Shown here one piece after another: positions 56,686 to 64,000 of a stretch of 64,000 bases of DNA (position 1 is its first letter; each line of letters opens with the position of its first letter). A model generated the notes under the pieces. It had not been told where the DNA came from, searched no databases, and saw only the letters and a list, made by a program, of their open reading frames with translations. Source of the DNA: a virus. The translations under genes were made by a program, and so were the position numbers. The DNA lies in the IMG/VR virus record IMGVR_UViG_3300037483_001012, positions 1 through 64,000 of that record; one strand, 5' to 3'.

Positions 56686-56898
56686 ATGGCTACCCTTGAC
56701 CTGCACCCCGGCGCGTACACGTCGCGCAAAGGATTCCGCCCTGTCATCCGCACCTATCGCGATGGCGTCCCGCATGGCTCTAAGGCGTCCGGCTTCCTGT
56801 TCGCCACCAGGGCCGAAGCGGAATCACATGCGCGCATTGCTGCGCTCAATGTGGCTCTGAACTACAACGGCGCGTCCCTTCACGTCGCTGTGCACTAG
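56686..56898 (+). CDS. Hypothetical protein
   Basis: Hairpin plus TGAGGA upstream. Confidence 0.7.
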   Translation: MATLDLHPGAYTSRKGFRPVIRTYRDGVPHGSKASGFLFATRAEAESHARIAALNVALNYNGASLHVAVH

Positions 56899-56908
56899 GG
56901 CGCGCGCC

Positions 56909-57022
56909 ATGGTCCGCACCATCATCCGTGAGGCCGCCTTTGTCGGGACCTGCCTTGTCGTCGGCACGGTCCTAAGCGGGGTGGGCTTATTGGCTTACCT
57001 GCTGGTGGATTGGCGATTCTAG
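56909..57022 (+). CDS. 37-aa membrane peptide
   Basis: MVRTIIREAAFVGTCLVVGTVLSGVGLLAYLLVDWRF fills the gap between genes. Confidence 0.45.
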   Translation: MVRTIIREAAFVGTCLVVGTVLSGVGLLAYLLVDWRF

Positions 57023-57121
57023 GCGTGCATCGCGTCCTGCCGTCTCGTCACGGGGCGGCAGTGCAGGGTGCAGCTACCCTCCCCGCTGGAATCGACCGCC
57101 GGGGCAAATCGAGGAAAAGAC

Positions 57122-57724
57122 ATGCCACAAGGCCGCGTTGAGAAAGTTGATTTTACCTCTGGCGGTGCCGGGAACCAATGGACCACGATTGACGGCGTGA
57201 GGTACGCCACATGGTGGGGTATCAAGACGAAGAATTGGCGCACGGGCGATCTGGTGACATTCGAAGTTTACAGCGCCCCGCTTTGGAGTGGCATGACGCC
57301 AATCGCTTGCGCCAAAAATATCAGCAAGGCCGAAAGCCAAAATATCATCCGCGCCAAGTTGATCGAGGCCCGCGCTCTTATTGCAGACCGTTCTAACTGG
57401 TGCATGGGAATGCACGCCAGCGACCGCGACGGAAATGCCGTCTATCACAATGAACCGAACGCCAAATGCTTTTGCGCCGATGGCGCGCTAGGCAAGGTCT
57501 GTGGCGTCGAAATAAGCCCCGCCGGGGATTGGCAAAACAACCCTCTCTATAATTCGGTACGAAGCGTCGTCTGGGATGCAGCAACCCGCGAATTCGGCAA
57601 AAGCCATGTTTGCGTCAATGATGGTGAGCACCTGCCGGACGACTTCGATGACGATTCCGTTGTCGCCCGCTCACACCGCGATATTCTAACCGTTTTTGAC
57701 AAGGCGATTGAGGCAATCGCCTAG
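57122..57724 (+). CDS. Two-domain hypothetical protein (DUF6197-like C-terminal half)
   Basis: Hairpin plus GAGGA; LIEARALIAD..NW..G..A.D...FCADGAL. Confidence 0.7.
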   Translation: MPQGRVEKVDFTSGGAGNQWTTIDGVRYATWWGIKTKNWRTGDLVTFEVYSAPLWSGMTPIACAKNISKAESQNIIRAKLIEARALIADRSNWCMGMHASDRDGNAVYHNEPNAKCFCADGALGKVCGVEISPAGDWQNNPLYNSVRSVVWDAATREFGKSHVCVNDGEHLPDDFDDDSVVARSHRDILTVFDKAIEAIA

Positions 57725-57955
57725 CGCGCGCCGCGACGTGCGCCGGGTCCGCCCGGCGCATATCAGGGCGCGGCTACGTCTGGCCTAAGCCTCAGTGCGG
57801 CGCTACCAGTGGGTAGCGTGCGGCACGGGCGACGATGCAGGGGCAAACCGGACCGGGCGGGATTCCCGGAATGGACTCCCTGATGACGGGCAGGCAATCC
57901 CGCCGCGACAACCCTACCGCCCGGAATGGTCCGGGCGGGACATGAGGAACGAACT

Positions 57956-58084
57956 ATGAAACCCGCGATATTGCCCAATCCTTTCGACGATCTCGCCGCG
58001 CCGGCCAAGCGCAAGGCCAAGCGAAGGAAGCCCGCCCGCAAGCCGGCGACGCGCCGCAAGGTGGCCACACGCCGCAAGCGATAG
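57956..58084 (+). CDS. 42-aa Arg/Lys-rich peptide, below the ORF-track cutoff
   Basis: Hairpin plus TGAGGA; MKPAILPNPFDDLAAPAKRKAKRRKPARKPATRRKVATRRKR. Confidence 0.65.
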   Translation: MKPAILPNPFDDLAAPAKRKAKRRKPARKPATRRKVATRRKR

Positions 58085-58192
58085 GCGCGCGCCGCGTTGT
58101 GCAGCTCGTCGACAGACGGGCTGCATAGCAGGGCGCGGCCTAGGCCAGCTCTACCGTTCGGAATAGTCCGGACGGGTATCGAGGATCGTAAC

Positions 58193-58375
58193 ATGCTCTA
58201 TGCAAACGTCCGCGTTGCGCGCGCCGCAACCGGCCTCTGGTCCGCCTTCGGGTCATGGGTCGGCGGCTCCTTTCATGTGCTTGGCTGCCTGTCGGATACC
58301 GAGGCCCGCGCCTTCGCGCGTGGCCGGTGCCTGGCCATCGGACGCGCGCCCCGCTACATCGGGGGTTCGCGATGA
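58193..58375 (+). CDS. Hypothetical protein
   Basis: Hairpin plus GAGGA; followed by two ATGA-coupled mini-ORFs (58372-58461, 58458-58535). Confidence 0.6.
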   Translation: MLYANVRVARAATGLWSAFGSWVGGSFHVLGCLSDTEARAFARGRCLAIGRAPRYIGGSR

Positions 58376-58624
58376 AACGCAAACCCATCGCCTATGTCCG
58401 GCGCCGCACCCGAAAATTCGTGCGGACCGACAAGCGCGCGTTTCTGGAGTCGTGCCAATGATTAGCACCCCCGAGGCCATCGCCCTTGTCGTCCTGGCGC
58501 TTGTCTTGCTATGGCAGGCGTTCAGGCCAGCGTGACGTTGCGAAGCGGGGCGGCAGGTTCGCCCCGTCACGGAACGCCAAGCCGTCCCTTGCTGGAATTG
58601 TCCGGCACGAATTGAGGAATCGAT

Positions 58625-59533
58625 ATGAACATGATGGTAGGCCCGGAAGCCATGACGGCGGCCGCTCTTTCGTCCCGCGCAATGCTGGCGCGCCTGAAAA
58701 TCTGCACTTGGTCGGCGACCAAACTTGACCGCAAGGTAACCGACAAGGTGAATACGGAACACCATGCCGCGCATGACGCCGGGCGCTATAACAAGCGCCT
58801 GCTTTCCAAAAGCGCAACGGCGGTCTTGACGCGGGTTTGCAGCGAGGCGCGCGCCGCGCACTACGCCCGCACCCTGCCCTGGCAGGATGACGGCGTGCGC
58901 ATTCTTTCGGCCGCCGCGTATATGGAATACGCGGAAAAAATGGCCGGGCTGCGCTCTCAATTCGATGCGGCGGCCGACTCCTTCGCGATAGGCTATGCCG
59001 AATTCGTGATTGATGAACGCGCGCGGCTTAACGGCATGTTCAATGCCGACGACTACCCGCCGGCGGAGATCATCCGCAACCGCTTTACCTTTGACGTGAA
59101 AATCGATGTGATGCCGGACGCGTCCGACTTCCGGGTCGACTTGGGCGAGGCGCAAGCGGCGGAGATCCGCGCCGATATCGAGGCGCGGACCAAACAAGCC
59201 TTGGCCGACGCGATGCGCGACGTATGGGAACGCGTTGCGGAAAGCGTTGGCCACATGGCGGACCGGCTGAAAAACTACCGCCCGGCGGAAACCAAAGGCG
59301 ACAAGTCGCAAGGCATTTTCCGCGATTCGCTGGTGGAGAATATCCGCGATCTCGTCGCCGTGCTGCCCGGCCTCAACGTCACGGGCGACCCGCGGCTTGC
59401 CGCCGTCGCGGACCGCCTGCCCGCGTTGTGCCGCGACGACGCGGCGACGTTGCGCGACGACGCCACGGCGCGCGCCAGCGTGGCGGCGGAAGCCGACGCG
59501 ATCTTAAAAGACGTATCGGAATATCTGGCCTAA
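58625..59533 (+). CDS. DUF3150-like protein (partner of the AAA/VWA module)
   Basis: WSATKLDRK...HYARTLPW.D.G.RIL...LNGMFNADDYP...IFRDSLVEN. Confidence 0.75.
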   Translation: MNMMVGPEAMTAAALSSRAMLARLKICTWSATKLDRKVTDKVNTEHHAAHDAGRYNKRLLSKSATAVLTRVCSEARAAHYARTLPWQDDGVRILSAAAYMEYAEKMAGLRSQFDAAADSFAIGYAEFVIDERARLNGMFNADDYPPAEIIRNRFTFDVKIDVMPDASDFRVDLGEAQAAEIRADIEARTKQALADAMRDVWERVAESVGHMADRLKNYRPAETKGDKSQGIFRDSLVENIRDLVAVLPGLNVTGDPRLAAVADRLPALCRDDAATLRDDATARASVAAEADAILKDVSEYLA

Positions 59534-59629
59534 GTGCATTCCGGCTAGGCGCGGCGGTAACGCCGCGCCCTTCCCGAGCGCATAACGCCCGCCGCGCGGA
59601 ATGGCCCGCACGGATTTGAGGAAACCGCT

Positions 59630-60643
59630 ATGAACCTGATTCAAGCATCCGCCGCACTCAATGCCTACATGGCGGCAAACGTGCCAACGTTCCTTTGGGG
59701 CGCGCCCGGCATCGGCAAGTCCGATCTGACGCGCGACGTGGCTAAGGCGAACGATATGCCGCTAATCGACGTGCGCGCAATCTTGCTCGATCCCGTCGAC
59801 CTTCGCGGGCTGCCCACCGTGACCGATGGCCGCGCGACCTGGGCGCAACCGGATTTCTTGCCGCGCGCGGACCGGGACGGCCCTAAGGGCATTCTGTTGC
59901 TTGATGAATTGAACGCCGCGCCCGCGTCGGTGCAAGCCGCACTTTTCCAACTGATTCTTGACCGCAAGCTAGGCGAATACACCTTGCCGCCGGACTGGCG
60001 CATTGTCGCGGCCGGTAACCGCCAAAGCGATCGCGCGGCGGCGCAGCGAATGCCGTCCGCCCTGGCCAATCGCTTCGCGCATATCGACGTTGACGCCGAC
60101 GTGACCGCCTGGGGCAAATGGGCGGCGGCGAACAATATCGCGCCGATGGTGCTGGCGTTCATCCGTTTTCGTCCCGCCCTGCTGCACGCCATGGAAGGAA
60201 GCGATTTGCGCGCGTTCCCGACACCGCGCGCATGGGCAACCGTTGCCCGACTCCCGCAAGTCCAGACAGTCGGCACGGCGGACCGGGACGCGGACGCGTT
60301 CCGGCTGGCCCTGGTCGGCGGCGTCGTCGGCGAAGCGGCGGCGGCGGAACTGGAAGGCTTTATACGGGTCTGGCGATCCCTGCCGACAATCGCGGATATC
60401 ATCGCGGACCCGGACGGCGTGACCGTGCCGAACGATCCGGCCACGCTCTACGCGGTTTCAACCGCGCTGGCGCGCAAGGCGGACCGCAAGACCTTTGAAC
60501 CGATCTTGCGCTTTGCCCGGCGCGCCATGGGGCAGGAATTCGGAATCCTGCTTTGCGTCGACGCGATCACGCGCGACCCGGACCTTAAAACGACGCGCGC
60601 ATTCGTTGAATGGGCGTCCGACAATCAGGACGTAACGCTATGA
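59630..60643 (+). CDS. MoxR-like AAA+ ATPase
   Basis: Walker A GAPGIGKS; Walker B LLLDELN; AAGNR; ALANRF; TPRAW. Confidence 0.92.
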   Translation: MNLIQASAALNAYMAANVPTFLWGAPGIGKSDLTRDVAKANDMPLIDVRAILLDPVDLRGLPTVTDGRATWAQPDFLPRADRDGPKGILLLDELNAAPASVQAALFQLILDRKLGEYTLPPDWRIVAAGNRQSDRAAAQRMPSALANRFAHIDVDADVTAWGKWAAANNIAPMVLAFIRFRPALLHAMEGSDLRAFPTPRAWATVARLPQVQTVGTADRDADAFRLALVGGVVGEAAAAELEGFIRVWRSLPTIADIIADPDGVTVPNDPATLYAVSTALARKADRKTFEPILRFARRAMGQEFGILLCVDAITRDPDLKTTRAFVEWASDNQDVTL

Positions 60644-61803
60644 GCCTGCCCCACAAGTTCACGCGCGCCCGCGCCGCGCTGGTCATGCGTCAGCCGTTTT
60701 TCGGAACGCTAGCGCTGCACCTCCGGGCCGAAATGACACCCGAATTTGACACGATGGCAACCGATGGCGTCCGGCTGCTGGTCAATCCGGATTTCTTGGA
60801 AACGCTTTCCGCCTCTGAGGCGGAAGGCGTGATAGCGCACGAAGTTCTACATTGTGCGTCAAAACACCATACGCGGCGCAAAGGCCGTGACGCCAAGCGC
60901 TGGAACATCGCTACGGACCTGGCGATAAACCGCGATCTGATCGCGGCCGGCTTCAAACTACCGGCCGGGGCTCTGATCGATCCCAAGTATGGCGACCTTG
61001 GCGCGGAAGCGATCTACCGCCTGTTAGAGCAAGAAGAGCAAGCCGGCGGCGGTCAATCGCAACCCGCGCCGGGACAATCCGGCGGGACCGATCCGGGCGG
61101 GTGCGGCGAAATTCTCGACGCCGCGCCAGAACACGATACGGCGGCCGTCTCGGCGGCGGAGGCAGAATGGGATACGATCACGCGGCAAGCCGTCAACGTG
61201 GCCAAGGCCCGCAACGCCGGGCAGGTCCCCGGCAATCTGGCGCGCCTTGTGGAAACCATGAACGCGCCGCGCGTCGACTGGCGCGGCGTGCTGCGCCGCT
61301 TTGTCGACGAGTCTACGTCCCGCGACTTTTCATGGATGCGACCTAACCGCCGCCACCTGTACGCGGGCCGGATCATGCCGGGCTACGTCCCGGACCGGCC
61401 GTCCCATGTCGTGGCAATGATTGACACGTCCGGGTCAATTCAGCCGGCGGACCTGGCCGCGTTCCGAACTGAGATACAGGCCGCGCTTGACGACGGCGCG
61501 GCGGACCGGGTGACCGTGGCCTATGCCGATACGGTGGTGCATGCGCATGACGAATTCGCCGCCGGGGATCTCGTTCGCATGGAAGCCAAGGGCGGCGGCG
61601 GCACGTCGTTTGCGCAGCCGTTGGCATGGGTTGCCGAGAACGTGCCGGACGTTTCGGCGGTCCTCTATATGACCGATTGCCAAGTGACCGAATGGGGCGA
61701 CCCGCCCGCGCCCGTGCTTTGGGTTGTGACCGGCGACCCGCGCACGGCGGCGCGGTGCGCAGCGCGCGCGCCGTTCGGGGAGGTAATCATTTTGGCGGAC
61801 TAG
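60640..61803 (+). CDS. DUF2201-like metallopeptidase plus VWA domain protein
   Basis: TMATDG, HEVLH (HExxH), WNIATD, MIDAS motif DTSGS, GGGGTSF, TD. Confidence 0.9.
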   Translation: MSLPHKFTRARAALVMRQPFFGTLALHLRAEMTPEFDTMATDGVRLLVNPDFLETLSASEAEGVIAHEVLHCASKHHTRRKGRDAKRWNIATDLAINRDLIAAGFKLPAGALIDPKYGDLGAEAIYRLLEQEEQAGGGQSQPAPGQSGGTDPGGCGEILDAAPEHDTAAVSAAEAEWDTITRQAVNVAKARNAGQVPGNLARLVETMNAPRVDWRGVLRRFVDESTSRDFSWMRPNRRHLYAGRIMPGYVPDRPSHVVAMIDTSGSIQPADLAAFRTEIQAALDDGAADRVTVAYADTVVHAHDEFAAGDLVRMEAKGGGGTSFAQPLAWVAENVPDVSAVLYMTDCQVTEWGDPPAPVLWVVTGDPRTAARCAARAPFGEVIILAD

Positions 61804-61876
61804 CGAACATCGAGGACGCGCCGCGCGCGCCCTCTCTCTCGTGCGGAATAGTCCGCACGTCATTGGAGGATATGGA

Positions 61877-62392
61877 ATGCTTACAAAGCATGAACTGCGC
61901 CGCGCCATGGGCGAAGCATATGGCGCTTGGTACTGGCGCACGCCGGGCCGCTTCGCACACAAGGCCGGACCGGACGGGAAAGCCGAGCGGGTCGCCTATA
62001 TCCTAAAATATCGGGCGCGTCGCGCGGAACTAAGCGCCGGGACGTTCCGGCCGGAAGTAAACGCGCGCGGCAACGTCGTTTTGCGCGATCATGATGCAGA
62101 CCGCGCGTTGCGCTTGCGCAATGCCGGCGACCGCTACGCATACGATTTTGGTCCGTGCCGGGCCTGGATTCAATTCGATACCCGACAAGATGCCATCTAC
62201 TTTGGCGTATGGGTGAACCCAGACAATCGCCAAATATTCACCTACTGCGAAGGCGACCGGATTCTAGTTACATGCCCGACGCCCGAGTCATTCCGCACCG
62301 AGTTGATCGACGCAAAAGAATTCTACGGCGCGCCGATTCCGCCACCGCTGCAAGATTTACTCGCCGATCTGGAGTCGGCCACCTGTAACTAA
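61877..62392 (+). CDS. Hypothetical protein
   Basis: Hairpin plus GGAGGA; DRYAYDF...QFDTRQDA.YFGVWVNP...TYCEGD. Confidence 0.75.
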   Translation: MLTKHELRRAMGEAYGAWYWRTPGRFAHKAGPDGKAERVAYILKYRARRAELSAGTFRPEVNARGNVVLRDHDADRALRLRNAGDRYAYDFGPCRAWIQFDTRQDAIYFGVWVNPDNRQIFTYCEGDRILVTCPTPESFRTELIDAKEFYGAPIPPPLQDLLADLESATCN

Positions 62393-62486
62393 TCGCGCGC
62401 GTCGCGGTTTGCCGCGCCATGCGCGCGGCATTCCAGGGCGCGGCCCTATGCCGGGAATGGTCCCGGCGTTCAAATGAGGAAAGCAC

Positions 62487-62879
62487 ATGCCCGATATCTC
62501 AAAGCTTGTATCAGAACTGCGCCTTGGCGACCAAGTTGATTTGGAAGGCGACAAATTTGCGGACCCGCGCCTCGACAAGCCCGCGCTCCAAAGTGAATAC
62601 CAACGCGTCGTCAGCGTTGAACGGGAAAGTACCAATTGCATCGCTGTCGCCTTCGAGGGATTCGACTTAATCGGATTCCCGCCGGACCACCGCGTTAAGG
62701 TAGCGCCATGCCAGACAACAAAAATCAGCGTTCCGAGAGCCATGAGCGCGACGCAAGCCGATCTCGCCGCGTCATTGGCCTGCTACACGTCCGACGATGA
62801 TTGGGGCGATGACCGGCGTGCGTTCCTGCAATCTGTCAGTGATCGAATCCTCTTGGATTTGATGACTGGCGAATACTAG
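62487..62879 (+). CDS. Hypothetical protein
   Basis: Hairpin plus TGAGGA. Confidence 0.75.
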   Translation: MPDISKLVSELRLGDQVDLEGDKFADPRLDKPALQSEYQRVVSVERESTNCIAVAFEGFDLIGFPPDHRVKVAPCQTTKISVPRAMSATQADLAASLACYTSDDDWGDDRRAFLQSVSDRILLDLMTGEY

Positions 62880-63004
62880 GCGGCTCGCGCCTACTCCATA
62901 AATCGTCACTCTCCTAATCGTCCGCCATAATATTTACGCAATTATAGCGGATGGTGCCAAGATCAATTCGGTTTGGAATAGTCCGGACCACATATGAGGA
63001 ACAC

Positions 63005-63241
63005 ATGTCACACAAACCCGACTTTGACATCATCGATACCGGATCGCTGGCGCTATTCACGCCAATGACGGAACGGGCAATCGATCATGCCGAGCAACAT
63101 CTTGCCGACGCCATGACGCACGGCCTCAGCTACGTTGTGGAGCGCCGCTACGCCCTCGATATCGTCAACGACCTGATGAACGAGCATGGCTTTACCGTCA
63201 TGATCGACGGTCGCGAACTGGCGTCCATCTCGCCCGTCTAG
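63005..63241 (+). CDS. Hypothetical protein
   Basis: Hairpin plus TGAGGA. Confidence 0.75.
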   Translation: MSHKPDFDIIDTGSLALFTPMTERAIDHAEQHLADAMTHGLSYVVERRYALDIVNDLMNEHGFTVMIDGRELASISPV

Positions 63242-63283
63242 CTTTCACGTTCGGAATGGTCCGAACAGCGCATGAGGAAACCA

Positions 63284-63877
63284 ATGGCAACCACATTTGT
63301 TCTCGATCTTTCCCATCCCGAGCATGGCACCCAAGAAACTCAGGTGACCATCGCTGCCGATGGCGGCTTCCATATGCATTATGAGGACGATATCGCGCCG
63401 CAGGCGCGTAAGAATGTCGCCTCTCGCTTTGTCGATTACGAAAGCTTCGGTTCAGGTTCCGCCTATGCGGATCGTCTCGAAGAGGTCGGCGACGTATTCA
63501 AGATCACCGGCATAGCATTCGTGGACGTGCCGGCACGGCCCGACATTCGCTTCGCGGTGCGCGGCAACTACTCCACCGATGAACAGGGCGATTGGTCCGA
63601 CTGGATCATGGCGAGCGATAAAGAGCGCGCCGAATTTCTGGCGCGGTGGACGATGGCGGAGAACGAACGCGCCGACCCGTCCAGCGAACATGACTTCCAA
63701 ATCACCATGGAAGAGATCGAGATCAAGGAATGCTACCCGGAGCCGTTCACCAAAGACGAACTGGCAAAATTCGTGGGAACGATTGCGCGGATGATCCCGA
63801 CCGAGGACGGGGACGATTCAATCGCAACCGTCAATCGTTTGATCGAGGACGCCCGCAAGCTTCTCGGGGTCGTGTAA
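63284..63877 (+). CDS. Hypothetical acidic protein
   Basis: Hairpin plus TGAGGA; D/E-rich. Confidence 0.75.
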   Translation: MATTFVLDLSHPEHGTQETQVTIAADGGFHMHYEDDIAPQARKNVASRFVDYESFGSGSAYADRLEEVGDVFKITGIAFVDVPARPDIRFAVRGNYSTDEQGDWSDWIMASDKERAEFLARWTMAENERADPSSEHDFQITMEEIEIKECYPEPFTKDELAKFVGTIARMIPTEDGDDSIATVNRLIEDARKLLGVV

Positions 63878-63912
63878 CCCGCGCGGAATAGCCCGCGCAC
63901 GTATAGGAGATC

Positions 63913-64000
63913 ATGAAAATGCGCAAGCTGCCGAAGGACGTTATCGCTGCGCTCAAATGGTCGGCGCGTAGCGTACACCATCCGGCCTGTCCAATCGCGC
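63913..64000 (+). CDS. Hypothetical protein, truncated by the window end
   Basis: Hairpin plus AGGAG before ATG 63913. Confidence 0.55.
   Translation, partial: MKMRKLPKDVIAALKWSARSVHHPACPIA

Larger units (their letters stand above)
56382..63909 (+). promoter_or_regulatory. Dispersed family of 12 start-associated hairpins (GG-AATNGN-CC) about 21 nt upstream of Shine-Dalgarno sequences
   Basis: Copies start at 56382, 56646, 57081, 57917, 58154, 58590, 59592, 61840, 62449, 62970, 63249 and 63881; stems covary. Confidence 0.88.
1..64000. mobile_element. Temperate siphophage genome segment (HK97-type head, lambda-type tail); extends beyond both window edges
   Basis: Ordered terminase-portal-protease-capsid-connector-tail-TMP-gpM/L/K/I/J-fibre-lysis cluster, integrase with attP, and no host housekeeping genes. 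Confidence 0.95.

Noticed and set aside
57880-57910. Hammerhead ribozyme suggested by CTGATGA
   Set aside because: No GAAA core after the candidate stem II
56382-63909. CRISPR array or integron attC array
   Set aside because: Repeats are non-identical, separated by whole genes and tied to the RBS; no cas genes and no attC R-boxes or integron integrase

Overview
This window is 64 kb of a large temperate siphophage, most likely from an alphaproteobacterial host judging by GC richness and gene content. It is seen in non-integrated form: a tRNA-Ser-derived attP core with integrase arm repeats on both sides sits just upstream of a tyrosine integrase. From left to right it contains: a solo tnpB; integrase and attP; a + strand accessory block (3.1-7.8 kb); and a ~48 kb mostly minus-strand block. 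Read in transcription order, that block holds HNH, CspA, TraR/DksA, a glycosyl/methyltransferase cluster, terminase, an HK97-type head, a lambda-type tail, signal-peptide-bearing fibres, lysis genes and small accessory genes. A divergent + strand early-type block (56.4-64 kb) contains a DUF3150-like/MoxR-AAA/VWA-peptidase trio. Four features stand out. (1) A covarying hairpin (GG-AAUNGN-CC) lies at near-fixed spacing upstream of the Shine-Dalgarno of 12 genes in the right-hand block, often preceded by a second repeated structured element. (2) An IS1595/ISSod11-type element carries a cargo gene, and a transposase-less sibling cassette with the same termini carries a different cargo gene; each has its own 8-bp target duplication at a gene junction. 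(3) Six consecutive tail-region genes, including two fibres, start with signal-peptide-like leaders. (4) Glycan-modifying enzymes are co-located with the packaging and head genes. Family assignments come from motif recognition by eye; no searches were run.
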